Of a stretch of DNA of 64,000 nucleotides, positions 18,069 through 27,502 are shown one piece after another. Both the position numbers and the translations under genes were made by a program. Location of the stretch: NCBI GenBank assembly GCA_965223155.1, contig CBDCVR010000015.1, positions 32,001 to 96,000 of the forward strand, given 5' to 3'. Every line of letters starts with the position of its first letter. Within the stretch, counting starts at the first letter, position 1. The notes beneath the pieces were generated by a model. It was not told where the DNA came from, searched no databases, and worked only from the letters and a program-made list of their open reading frames with translations. This DNA is from Candidatus Multivoradales bacterium (GTDB lineage Bacteria > Acidobacteriota > Thermoanaerobaculia > Multivoradales > JAHEKO01).

Positions 18069-19733
18069 ATGGCGAATTCTCGAGAGATTCTGGATCTGGA
18101 CGTCGTTTTTGTGGGCGCGGGACCGGCCGGTCTGGCCGGTGCCTACCGCCTGGGCGAGCTGGTCCAGAACCACAACGAGGCCGGGGGGTCGCTCGAGGTT
18201 TCGATCGCCGTCCTGGAGAAGGGGCAGGAGCTGGGAAGCCACGCCCTGTCCGGAGCGGTGGTGGATCCACGCGCCTTCCGCGAGCTCTACGAGGACTGGC
18301 GCTCGGCGCCTTTCGAGGCTCCGGTCGAGGACGAGGAGCTCGCCTGGATGACCGCCAAGCGCTCCCTGTCCCTGCCGATCCCACCTCAGCTCGAGAACGA
18401 CGGCAAGTACGTAGCCTCGCTGGGCAAGCTCGTCAAATGGATGGGCGAGCAGTGCGAATCGGTCGGTGTCGACGTCTTCTGCGAGTTCCCGGCCGCCAAA
18501 GTGCTGACCGAGAAGGATCGGGTGATCGGCGTCCGCACCGGCGACCGCGGCATCGGCCACGACGGTGAGCGCAAGGCCAACTACGAGCCCGGCGTGGACA
18601 TCCACACCCGCGCCCTGGTCCTGGCCGAGGGCCCGCGCGGCACCCTCGCCAAGCAGCTCGAGGACCGGTTCGATCTCACCCGCGGCGCCAACCCGCAGGT
18701 CTACGCGGTGGGCGTCAAGGAGGTCTGGGAGCTTCCCGAGGGCCGTATCCGGCCGGGTCAGGTCCTTCATACGATGGGCTGGCCCCTCGACCTGAAGACC
18801 TTCGGCGGCGGCTTCCTCTACGGCATGCGCGACGATCTCTTGATCGCCGGGCTGGTCGTGGGCCTCGACTACGAGAACCCCTGGCTGGATCCCCATCTCG
18901 AGTTCCAGCGCTTGAAGACGCATCCCAAGCTCGCCCGCCTCCTCGAAGGCGGCAAGATGCTTTATTACGGCGCCAAGGCCATTCCGGAAGGCGGCTGGTT
19001 CTCGCGGCCCCAGTCGAGCGGCGACGGCTTTCTCATTACCGGCGACTCGGCCGGGCTGGTCAACGCGATGCGGCTCAAGGGCATCCACCTGGCGATGAAG
19101 TCCGGCATGCTGGCGGCGGAGACTGTCTTCACCGGCCTGCTCGAAGACCGGTTGGACGCCGACGGCCTGGCTCGTTACGACGCCGCCGTCGAAGCCAGTT
19201 GGATCCGGGACGAGCTCTGGGAAGTCCGCAACTTCCACCAGGCTTTCGACTACGGCGCCCTGGCGGGCATGGCCCAGACCGGCCTCGGAATGCTGACCAA
19301 CGGCGCGGGCTTCGGCCTGGTGAACCGGCTTCGTACCCGCCCCGGCCACGAGCGCATGCGCCGCGTCGATCAGCCGGGCAGCCGCCAGCCCGACCCCGTG
19401 GCTTTCGACGGCACGCTGACCTTCGACAAGCTGGCCAACGTCTATAACTCCGGCGCCGCCCATGCCGAGGACCAGCCGGCGCATCTCTTGGTTGCCGACA
19501 CCGATCTGTGCATCCACCAGTGCGCTCGCGAGTTCGCCAACCCTTGCCAGCGCTTCTGCCCGGCCGGGGTCTACGAGATGGTCGAGGACGAAGCTTCGCC
19601 AACGGGCAAGCGCCTGCAGATCAACTTTTCGAACTGCGTCCACTGCAAGACCTGCGACATCATGGATCCCTACCAGGTCATCACCTGGGTGCCGCCGGAG
19701 GGGGGCGGCGGACCCAACTACGGCAAGATGTAG
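18069..19733 (+). CDS. Electron transfer flavoprotein-ubiquinone oxidoreductase
   Basis: GAGPAG FAD motif, KGIHLAMKSG, CQRFCPAGVYE and NCVHCKTCDI [4Fe-4S] cysteines, PEGGGGP. Confidence 0.95.
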   Translation: MANSREILDLDVVFVGAGPAGLAGAYRLGELVQNHNEAGGSLEVSIAVLEKGQELGSHALSGAVVDPRAFRELYEDWRSAPFEAPVEDEELAWMTAKRSLSLPIPPQLENDGKYVASLGKLVKWMGEQCESVGVDVFCEFPAAKVLTEKDRVIGVRTGDRGIGHDGERKANYEPGVDIHTRALVLAEGPRGTLAKQLEDRFDLTRGANPQVYAVGVKEVWELPEGRIRPGQVLHTMGWPLDLKTFGGGFLYGMRDDLLIAGLVVGLDYENPWLDPHLEFQRLKTHPKLARLLEGGKMLYYGAKAIPEGGWFSRPQSSGDGFLITGDSAGLVNAMRLKGIHLAMKSGMLAAETVFTGLLEDRLDADGLARYDAAVEASWIRDELWEVRNFHQAFDYGALAGMAQTGLGMLTNGAGFGLVNRLRTRPGHERMRRVDQPGSRQPDPVAFDGTLTFDKLANVYNSGAAHAEDQPAHLLVADTDLCIHQCAREFANPCQRFCPAGVYEMVEDEASPTGKRLQINFSNCVHCKTCDIMDPYQVITWVPPEGGGGPNYGKM

Positions 19734-19894
19734 CGCCCCGCACGCCGGAGCTGGGCGGCGCGTTGCCGCCTTGGCGCACGCTCGCCGCGCGCGGTCCAAC
19801 CGAGGGCGCGCGCGCTGGCGATCCCGAGCGCCCCGGCTCCGAGCGGCTCCCAGCGTCTCCGAGCGGCGCCGTCCGGTAGAATCGTCCGCCAGCG

Positions 19895-20335
19895 ATGCAC
19901 AACCTCTTGCGACCGGGGACCGTCCAGGCGATTCAGGAGCGCCTGACCCGCATCGGGCCCGACTCGAAGGCCCGCTGGGGCCGCATGAACGCCGGCCAGA
20001 TGCTTACCCACTGCGCCGCGCAGCTCGAGCTCGCGACCGGCGAGATCAGAACCGAGGCCCGGCGCAGCCCGCTGGGCTGGCCACTGGTCAAGCACGCCCT
20101 GATTTACTTCGTTCCCTGGCCCAAGAACGCTCCAACGGCGCCGGCCCTGCTGCGGCCGGACCCCGACCAGCTGGCCGCGGCGCGCGAAGCGCTGAGCGCC
20201 GCCGTCGATCGGTTTCGCAGCCATTCGGCATCACGGCTCGGGGTCCATCCCTTGTTCGGGCGGCTCTCGCGCAGGACCTGGGGACGGCTCGCCTTCCGCC
20301 ACCTGGACCACCATCTCCGGCAGTTCGGTGTCTGA
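19895..20335 (+). CDS. DUF1569 / DinB-like protein
   Basis: WGRMNAGQMLTHC, HPLFG, HLDHHLRQFG; TAGAAT -10 box at 19877. Confidence 0.85.
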   Translation: MHNLLRPGTVQAIQERLTRIGPDSKARWGRMNAGQMLTHCAAQLELATGEIRTEARRSPLGWPLVKHALIYFVPWPKNAPTAPALLRPDPDQLAAAREALSAAVDRFRSHSASRLGVHPLFGRLSRRTWGRLAFRHLDHHLRQFGV

Positions 20336-20786
20336 GGATTCCGCCGCGCCCCCGGCGGTCGTCGGGCTCCTCGCCGACTACCCGGTGGTGATTCCGGCCA
20401 CCGTCTTCTGGGCGGACATGGACGCCTACGGCCACGTCAACAACACCGTGTATCTCAAATGGTTCGAGAGCGCGCGGATCGCCTACTTCGAGACCATCGG
20501 CTTTTCCGAGCACAAGGCCGACACCGGCATCGGTCCGATCCTGGCCTCGACCCGGTGCAAGTTCCTGTTGCCGATGACGTACCCGGACACCGCGTGGGTG
20601 GGCGGCCGCGCGGGAGACCTCGAAGCCGATCGCTTCGTCATGCACTACGCCGTCGCCACCCAGCGGCACGAGCGTCTGGCGGCGGTCGGCGAAGGCCTGA
20701 TTGTGGCCTACGACTACAGGCGGCTGGAAAAGGCCGGCCTGCCGGTGGAGATCGCCGAAGCGATCACCACCCTGGAAGGCTCCTAG
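20328..20786 (+). CDS. Acyl-CoA thioesterase (4HBT hot-dog family)
   Basis: DMDAYGHVNNTVYLKWFESAR. Confidence 0.9.
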   Translation: MSEDSAAPPAVVGLLADYPVVIPATVFWADMDAYGHVNNTVYLKWFESARIAYFETIGFSEHKADTGIGPILASTRCKFLLPMTYPDTAWVGGRAGDLEADRFVMHYAVATQRHERLAAVGEGLIVAYDYRRLEKAGLPVEIAEAITTLEGS

Positions 20787-20846
20787 AGCGGCCGAGGCGG
20801 GACCGCGACCGGCCCCGGGAAGCCGGGACCAAACCGTGCCGTGCCG

Positions 20847-22088
20847 CTACCCGGTATAGCGCGCCAGGACCAGGGCGCCGTTGGTGCCGCCGAAGCCGAA
20901 GGAATTGGTCAGGGCCGCGTCCAGGCGCATCTCCCGCGCTTCGCCGGGGACGAAGTCCAGATCGCAGCCCTCGCCCGGGTGCTCGAGATTGAGCGTCGGC
21001 GGCACCGTCTGGTGCCGTACCGCAAGGGCCAGGATTCCGGTCTCCAGCCCCCCGGCGGCGCCCAGAAGATGGCCGGTGGCGGACTTGGTGGACGACACCG
21101 CCAGCCCGTCGGCCTCGGCCCCGAACACCGTGCGGATCGCCCGCACCTCGCTGATGTCGCCGAGCGGCGTCGACGTGCCGTGCGCGTTGATGTATTGCAC
21201 GCCATCGGCGCCCAGGCGGGCGTCCGCGAGCGCCAGGCGCATGACCTCGGCCGCGCCTTCGCCCTCGGGATGGGGGGCCGAGATGTGATGAGCGTCGCCG
21301 CTCATGCCGTAGCCGGCGACTTCGGCGTAGATCTCGGCACCGCGGCTGCGGGCGGCGTCAAGCTCCTCGAGCACGACGACACCGGCACCTTCGGCGATGA
21401 CGAAGCCGTCGCGATCGCGGTCCCACGGGCGGGAAGCCCGCTCGGGCTCGTCATTGCGCGTCGAGAGCGCCTTCATCGCGGTGAAGCCGGAGATCCCCAG
21501 GGGTGTCACCGGCGCCTCGGTTCCGCCGGCGATCATGGCGTCGGCATAGCCGTAGCGGATCAGGCGCGCGGCGTCGCCGATGGCGTGGAGACCGGTGGTA
21601 CAGGCCGTGGCCGGCGCCGCGTTCGGCCCGGTGGCTCCGAACCGGATCGACACGTGGCCGGCGGCCATGTTCGCCGCCAGGCTGGGAATGAGAAAGGGAC
21701 TCACCCGGCGCGGCCCCCGCTCCACCAGGGTCCGTAGGTTGTCCTCGATGGTCTGGAGGCCACCGACGCCGGAGCCGATCACGACCCCGACGCGATGCCC
21801 ACCCAGGGACTCGACCGAGAAGTCGGCGTCGTCAACCGCGAACTGCGCGGCCGCCAGGGCGTAGCGAATGAAGGCATCGGTACGCCGGATCGCACGAGGA
21901 TTCAAGAACTGGGTGGGGTCGAAATCCGGAACCTCGCCCGCGATCTTGCTCGCAAACGCCTCCGGATCGAACCCCTGAATCGTGCGGATCCCGGACTTGC
22001 CCTGGATCAGGGCCGACCATGTCGCTTCGGTCCCGACCGCCAGCGGCGAGACCAGTCCAACCCCGGTGATAACGACTCGCCGGCTCAT
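20847..22088 (-). CDS. fabF: Beta-ketoacyl-ACP synthase II
   Basis: RRVVITGVG, ATACTTG, NAHGTST, KSATGHLLG, NSFGFGGTN. Confidence 0.97.
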   Translation of the reverse strand: MSRRVVITGVGLVSPLAVGTEATWSALIQGKSGIRTIQGFDPEAFASKIAGEVPDFDPTQFLNPRAIRRTDAFIRYALAAAQFAVDDADFSVESLGGHRVGVVIGSGVGGLQTIEDNLRTLVERGPRRVSPFLIPSLAANMAAGHVSIRFGATGPNAAPATACTTGLHAIGDAARLIRYGYADAMIAGGTEAPVTPLGISGFTAMKALSTRNDEPERASRPWDRDRDGFVIAEGAGVVVLEELDAARSRGAEIYAEVAGYGMSGDAHHISAPHPEGEGAAEVMRLALADARLGADGVQYINAHGTSTPLGDISEVRAIRTVFGAEADGLAVSSTKSATGHLLGAAGGLETGILALAVRHQTVPPTLNLEHPGEGCDLDFVPGEAREMRLDAALTNSFGFGGTNGALVLARYTG

Positions 22089-22139
22089 GCCGACTCTTCG
22101 GCGCCGGTCCGGAACCGGCACTCCCGAGCCTCCCTCTGC

Positions 22140-22379
22140 TTAGTCGGAGTCCGCGTTGGCGGTGATGTAGTCGATCGCCTGCTTCACGCTGGCGATCTTC
22201 TCGGCATCCTCGTCTGGAATCTCGACGCCGAATTCCTCCTCGAGCGCCATGACCAGCTCGACGACGTCGAGCGAATCCGCTCCCAGATCATCGGTAAAGC
22301 TGGCTTCCGGAGTCACCTGGTCGCCATCGACTCCCAGCTGCTCGACAATAAGACTCGTAACTTTTTCCGCAACATCCAT
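22140..22379 (-). CDS. acpP: Acyl carrier protein
   Basis: [14 protein letters not shown]; AAGGAG RBS; TACAAT -10 box at 22470-22465. Confidence 0.97.
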   Translation of the reverse strand: MDVAEKVTSLIVEQLGVDGDQVTPEASFTDDLGADSLDVVELVMALEEEFGVEIPDEDAEKIASVKQAIDYITANADSD

Positions 22380-22516
22380 CGTATTTTCTCCTTGGAATTT
22401 GGTGGCCCGCCGGGCGGTGCCGGTGGCCGCGAGCACGTAGGGAAACCAAGCGCGCTCGGACCGTATTGTATCTCGATTGCCCTTCCGGGCGAGCCTTTGG
22501 ACTCCCGCGCGAAGCT

Positions 22517-23266
22517 CTAGATGTAGAGCCCGCCGGAGACGTTCAAGACGTGTCCGGTCACATACCCCGCTTCTTCGCTTGCGAGATACAGGGCCGCGCC
22601 GGCGATGTCGTCCACGGTACCCAAACGCTTGACGGGGATCGAAGATTCCAGGCCGCTCTTGGCCGCTTCTGGTAAATCCTCGGTCATGGCCGTGGCCACA
22701 TAGCCCGGCGCGATCACGTTGACGGTGACCCCGCGGCTCGCCAATTCACGCGCGAGGGCCTTGGAAAAGCCGATCAGGCCGGCCTTGGCGGCGGCGTAGT
22801 TGGCCTGCCCGGCGTTTCCCATGAGCCCGACCACCGACGAAACGTTGAGGATGCGTCCCCAGCGTCGTTTCATCATGCCGCGAGTCAGGGCCCGGGTGAC
22901 GGCGTAGGCTCCGGTCAGGTTGGTCCGAAGCACCCGCTCCCACTCCTCGAGGCTCATCCGCACGAAGAGGTTGTCGGCAGTGATCCCGGCGTTGTTGACC
23001 AGGACGTCGACGTCCCGAAAACCTTCCGGCAGATCCTTCAGCCGCTCCCCTACCGCCGCCGGATCCGCCAGATCCAGCGGAAAGGCGACCGCCTCGCCGC
23101 CGGTCTCCTGGATCCGCCCGGCCAGGTCGGCGAGCTTGTCCTCGCTCCTGGCAGCGGCCACGACCCGGGCGCCGGCCCCGGCCAGACGCAGGGCGATGGC
23201 CTCACCGATGCCCTGGGATGCGCCGGTTACGAGCGCCGTTCTTCCATCCAATCGAAACGCGGTCAT
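22517..23266 (-). CDS. fabG: 3-oxoacyl-ACP reductase
   Basis: [23 protein letters not shown]. Confidence 0.96.
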   Translation of the reverse strand: MTAFRLDGRTALVTGASQGIGEAIALRLAGAGARVVAAARSEDKLADLAGRIQETGGEAVAFPLDLADPAAVGERLKDLPEGFRDVDVLVNNAGITADNLFVRMSLEEWERVLRTNLTGAYAVTRALTRGMMKRRWGRILNVSSVVGLMGNAGQANYAAAKAGLIGFSKALARELASRGVTVNVIAPGYVATAMTEDLPEAAKSGLESSIPVKRLGTVDDIAGAALYLASEEAGYVTGHVLNVSGGLYI

Positions 23267-24261
23267 GACGTCTCTCCTTCGAGGGCCGCCTCAAGCGCGT
23301 CGAGCGCCTTCGGTTCGGCCAGGCTGACCGAGCGGGCGGCCCGCTCGATCCTGCGTACGAGGCCCGAGAGCACCGCACCCGGCCCGATTTCGACGAACAC
23401 CGAGACTCCATCGCCGTCCAGCATGGACCGTACCGACTCGACCCAGCGCACCGGGCCGTCGACCTGCCGGACGAGGGCGGATCGTGCCTCGTCACCAGTG
23501 GTAACGGCGCGGGCGTCCACGTTGGTCACGATCGGTATCGCCGGGTCCGAAAATGCCGTCTCCGCCAGGAGCGGCTCCAGCCGCGCGCGTGCCGGCGCCA
23601 TCAGCGGAGAGTGGAACGGAGCCGAGACCGGCAGCAGAACCGCGCGGCGGGCGCCCCGCTCCTTGGCCAACTCGACCGCGCGCTCGACCGCCGCCGCCTG
23701 ACCGGCGATGACGGTCTGGGCGGGCGCGTTGTAGTTGGCCGCGACACAGATTTCGTCCTCGGACGAGGCGTCCTTGGCCACCTCTTCGACCGCCGCCGCG
23801 TCCGGACCCAGGATCGCCGCCATCGCTCCCTCGCCGACCGGCACCGCCTCTTGCATGAAGCGGCCCCGGTGCCGCACCAGCCTGAGGGCGTCACCCAGCG
23901 TCAGCGTCCCCGCCGCCACCAGCGCCGAGTACTCTCCCAGGCTGTGCCCGGCGACGACTTCCGGCTGGGGGAGGCTGCCGCCAGCCGCCCGCAGGATCGC
24001 GACCGAACTCGCGAGGATCGCCGGCTGCGTGTTCTGGGTGAGGCGCAGCTCGTCCTCCGGCCCTTCCCAGCACAACTGGCTGAGAGCGAAGCCCAGAGCC
24101 TCATCGGCCTCTTCGAAGGTTCTCCGGGCCGCCGGAAACGCGTCCGCCCAGTCCCGGCCCATGCCCACCGCCTGGGATCCCTGCCCCGGGAAGACGAACG
24201 CGACCTTGATCCCGTTCGCCGCATCGGCCGCGGCCATCGTGTTGCCGGTGTCGGTGGTCAT
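23263..24261 (-). CDS. fabD: Malonyl-CoA:ACP transacylase
   Basis: FPGQGSQ, GHSLGEY, SAPFHS. Confidence 0.96.
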   Translation of the reverse strand: MTTDTGNTMAAADAANGIKVAFVFPGQGSQAVGMGRDWADAFPAARRTFEEADEALGFALSQLCWEGPEDELRLTQNTQPAILASSVAILRAAGGSLPQPEVVAGHSLGEYSALVAAGTLTLGDALRLVRHRGRFMQEAVPVGEGAMAAILGPDAAAVEEVAKDASSEDEICVAANYNAPAQTVIAGQAAAVERAVELAKERGARRAVLLPVSAPFHSPLMAPARARLEPLLAETAFSDPAIPIVTNVDARAVTTGDEARSALVRQVDGPVRWVESVRSMLDGDGVSVFVEIGPGAVLSGLVRRIERAARSVSLAEPKALDALEAALEGETS

Positions 24262-24289
24262 CCGTCCTATCAGAGCGCCTACCAGCCAA

Positions 24290-25297
24290 CTACCAGCGAG
24301 CCAGGGCCGCGCCCCAGGTCAGTCCAGACCCAAAGGCCGACATCAGAACCAACTGGCCGGCGGCGATCTTGCCAGCGCGGTTCAGCTCGTCCAGAGCGAT
24401 CGGAATCGAGGCCGCGGACGTGTTCCCGAAGCGCTCCACGTTGACGTAGGTCCGGCCGTCGGGGATGTCGAGCCGTTGGCCGACGGCATCGATGATTCTG
24501 CGGTTGGCCTGATGGGGAATGAACCAGTCGACCTGGTCGGGCCGCACCCTGCAGGCGTCCAGCACCTCGTTCGACACCTCCGCCAGGGAACGCACGGCGA
24601 CCTTGAAGGTCTCGTTGCCGCGCATCCGGATGTAGCCGAGCTCTCCGTTCTGCGTCGATTCGTTGATGGGGTGCCGGCTACCGCCCCCGGGGCGGTGGAT
24701 GAGACCGCCCAGGGCGCCGTCGCTGTGCATGGCGACGCCCAAGAGCCCACGCCCACTATCTTCCGCGCCGTTCGAGCCATCCGAGGCAGCAGCCTGGACC
24801 ACCACCGCGCCGGCTCCGTCACCGAAGAGCACCGAGGTCGAGCGCTCGGTGTAGTCGACGATCTTGGACAGCATCTCGCCGCCCAGGACCACCGCCGTTC
24901 TCGCGCTGCCGGCGGCGATCATGCTGCGCGCGATGCCCAGGCCGTAGACGAAGCCGGTGCACGCCGCCGACAGGTCGAAAGCGGCCGCGCTCTCGGCTCC
25001 GATGGCGTGCTGGACCTGGGTCGAGGTGGCCGGAAAGCTGGTGTCCGGCGTCACCGTCGCGACGATCACGAGATCCACCTCCGAGCCTTCGACGCCGGCG
25101 TCCTCGAGGGCCCGCCGGGCCGCCGGAATGGCGAAGTCCGACAGCGCCTCGTCGTCGGCCCCGATCCGCCGCTCCTTGATCCCGGTGCGGGCGGTGATCC
25201 ACTCGTCCGAGGTATCCACCATACGCTCGAAGTCGGCGTTGGTCAGGATCTTGTCCGGTACCGCGCTGCCGGTACCCAGGATTTTCGCTGTCGTCAT
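24290..25297 (-). CDS. fabH: Beta-ketoacyl-ACP synthase III
   Basis: AACTGF, FGDGAG, PHQAN, GNTSAAS. Confidence 0.96.
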   Translation of the reverse strand: MTTAKILGTGSAVPDKILTNADFERMVDTSDEWITARTGIKERRIGADDEALSDFAIPAARRALEDAGVEGSEVDLVIVATVTPDTSFPATSTQVQHAIGAESAAAFDLSAACTGFVYGLGIARSMIAAGSARTAVVLGGEMLSKIVDYTERSTSVLFGDGAGAVVVQAAASDGSNGAEDSGRGLLGVAMHSDGALGGLIHRPGGGSRHPINESTQNGELGYIRMRGNETFKVAVRSLAEVSNEVLDACRVRPDQVDWFIPHQANRRIIDAVGQRLDIPDGRTYVNVERFGNTSAASIPIALDELNRAGKIAAGQLVLMSAFGSGLTWGAALARW

Positions 25298-26376
25298 CGT
25301 GCGCTACTCCCGGCGGATGGGTCCACGTCGTTCGAATCCGGATCCTCCGATCCGAGCACGTTGCGCTCGCGAGCGTGCAACTCCGCCACTTTCCCTTCCA
25401 TCTTGACACCCAACTCGGCCCGGGCAAAAGCCGCCGCTTGGTGAATGGCGCTCGCCACCGCCCGAGCCCGGGAGCGGCCGTGGCCGACGAAGCACCCGCC
25501 CTTCAAGCCCAGGAGTGGAACCGCGCCCGTCTCCTGATAGTCCAGGCGCCGGCCGAGGTTGGCGAAGGCGGGACGGGCCAGGGCGTAGCCCAGCCGGGTC
25601 CTGAGACTTCGGGCCATCTCCTCGCGCAGCATCGAGCCCACCAACGACGCCAGCGATTCGGCGCTCTTCAACACCACGTTGCCCACAAATCCGTCACAAA
25701 CCACGACGTCCACCGATCCGGAAAAGATATCGTGTCCCTCCACGTTGCCGACGAAATTGAGTCCGGTTTCCTCGAGCACCCGAAAGCCCTGCCTGGTGGT
25801 CTCGGTGCCCTTCGCCTGCTCCTCGCCGATCGAGAGCAAGCCGATGCGGGGCTCGGGGGTGCCGAGCACGTCCTGGGCGTAGAAGTGGCCGAGAACGGCG
25901 AACTCGCGCAACTGTCCCGGCCGCGCTTCGACGTTGGCGCCGACGTCCAGGATCACGGTCCGGCCCTCGGGATTGGGAAACACCGCGGCCAGCGCAGGGC
26001 GGGCCACACCCTCGATGGTGCCCAGGACAACCTTGGCTGCGGTCAACGCGGCACCGGTGTTGCCGCACGAGACGACCGCCCGCGCCCGGCCCTCCCGCAC
26101 CAGGTCGCAGGCCACCCGGATCGAGGAGTCCCGCTTGCGCCGCAGCGGCGCCGTCGCCGACTCGTCCATGCCGACGACCTCGGCGGCGGGGACCAAGCGC
26201 AGCCCGGGCTCGGAGTCGCCCTCGATCTCCAGCAGCGCCTCCGGACGGCCGACCAGGAAGACGCCGATCCCTCCGGCGGCGACCGCCTCGCGGGCGCCGG
26301 ACACAATCTCCTCGGGCGCGTGGTCGCCGCCCATGGCGTCCACCGCGATCCAGGTCGTGGGCGGGGATGGGGACAT
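25294..26376 (-). CDS. plsX: Phosphate acyltransferase PlsX
   Basis: IAVDAMGGDHAP, GNTGA, DVGAN, CDGFVGN. Confidence 0.96.
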   Translation of the reverse strand: MSPSPPTTWIAVDAMGGDHAPEEIVSGAREAVAAGGIGVFLVGRPEALLEIEGDSEPGLRLVPAAEVVGMDESATAPLRRKRDSSIRVACDLVREGRARAVVSCGNTGAALTAAKVVLGTIEGVARPALAAVFPNPEGRTVILDVGANVEARPGQLREFAVLGHFYAQDVLGTPEPRIGLLSIGEEQAKGTETTRQGFRVLEETGLNFVGNVEGHDIFSGSVDVVVCDGFVGNVVLKSAESLASLVGSMLREEMARSLRTRLGYALARPAFANLGRRLDYQETGAVPLLGLKGGCFVGHGRSRARAVASAIHQAAAFARAELGVKMEGKVAELHARERNVLGSEDPDSNDVDPSAGSSAR

Positions 26377-26493
26377 GGTGCGAACGGAAAGACTGGGAAG
26401 GGTGACGGCTCGGCAGCTCGGGGTCCAGTCGGCGGACCGGCGGGCTCGGGACTCCAGGGGCCGCCCAGTGACGGCCCCGTCCCCGGCAAGCGG

Positions 26494-26679
26494 CTAGAGC
26501 GACTCGTCGACGTCGACGACCTGACGGCCGCGATAGTGGCCGCAGTGCGGACAGGCCCGGTGCGGGCGCTTGACTTCGCCGCAGTTCGCGCAGACGGAGG
26601 CCGGCGGCGCCTCGAGGGCGTCGTGGGCACGGCGCCGGTCGCGGCGCGCCTTGGAAGTTCGTCGTTTCGGATTGGCCAT
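26494..26679 (-). CDS. rpmF: 50S ribosomal protein L32
   Basis: [19 protein letters not shown]…CxxC…CxxCG. Confidence 0.97.
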   Translation of the reverse strand: MANPKRRTSKARRDRRRAHDALEAPPASVCANCGEVKRPHRACPHCGHYRGRQVVDVDESL

Positions 26680-26694
26680 AGTGAAACCTCGGCT

Positions 26695-27222
26695 TCAGGT
26701 GTCCAGCCGTTCGCGCAGCCCCGCCAGCCCCTGCCAGCGTGGGTCCACCGACTCGGTCTCGCAGTCACAGGACTCGAGGTTGCGGTCCACGCCGCAGGTC
26801 GGGCACAGCCCCTTGCAGTCGTCGCGACACAGCCTTCTCATGGGAATGTTCAGTTGAATTTGTTCGAGTAAGAGTGGTTCGGTGTCGAGCACCTCGTCCT
26901 CGAGAGTGAGGACGCTTAGATCCGCCTCCTCCAGCTCGACTTCGCCTGCCAACGGCTCGGCGCCGCCGATCCGCACGAGCATGTCGACGCCGGCCTGGAC
27001 CGGCATGGACGACCGCCCGAGGCACCTGGGACACTCCAGAATCTGTTCATAGGAAAGCTCGGCGGAGAGCACGAACCCGTCTGGCGTGCGCTCGACCCGC
27101 CCCTGCCAAGAGATCGGACCAAGCTCCAGCAACTGGGCTCGCTCCAGGACTTCGGCCGCGATCTCGCAACGTTCGTCCCAGCGGTACGGAGTGTCGCTGA
27201 TCTGATCGAGTCGGATTTCCAC
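26695..27222 (-). CDS. yceD: DUF177 / YceD protein
   Basis: CPRCL, LCRDDCKGLCPTCG, DPRW; located upstream of rpmF. Confidence 0.92.
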   Translation of the reverse strand: MEIRLDQISDTPYRWDERCEIAAEVLERAQLLELGPISWQGRVERTPDGFVLSAELSYEQILECPRCLGRSSMPVQAGVDMLVRIGGAEPLAGEVELEEADLSVLTLEDEVLDTEPLLLEQIQLNIPMRRLCRDDCKGLCPTCGVDRNLESCDCETESVDPRWQGLAGLRERLDT

Positions 27223-27248
27223 AGCCGGCCTCCCGCACCAGCCGCGAC

Positions 27249-27277
27249 AGGCTATGGCATCACCTTCGGGGTGTCAA
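27249..27277 (-). promoter_or_regulatory. Sigma70 promoter of the yceD-rpmF-fab operon
   Basis: TTGACA-17 nt-TAGCCT. Confidence 0.65.
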
Positions 27278-27412
27278 CGCGGTCCCTCACACCCCGCCGG
27301 CCCCGACCAAAGAACGGTTCCGGAGCGGGTTGCGGCCGCCCCGCCGCTCTAAGCACGCCGCCAACGTACCACCGGCGCTCCGCCGACCCCCGGCCGGCCT
27401 CGTCCTCGCCGC

Positions 27413-27441
27413 TTGATCCCGGACCGGCGCTTTGGCACGAT
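27413..27441 (+). promoter_or_regulatory. Sigma70 promoter of the glycosyltransferase operon
   Basis: TTGATC-17 nt-CACGAT with an extended TG; implies the ORF-track start at 27413 is too early. Confidence 0.5.
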
Positions 27442-27502
27442 CAAGCGTGGTTCCGGCCCCGGGAAGCGTCCGGGCGCCGGTAGTTCTCCCGAAAGACCAT
27501 TC

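Noticed and set aside
17985-19799. 604-aa minus-strand ORF and similar long shadow ORFs (7485-9353, 23735-25444, 41377-43044, 44674-46515)
   Set aside because: They are antisense to well-supported genes and lack motifs; such ORFs are expected in high-GC DNA
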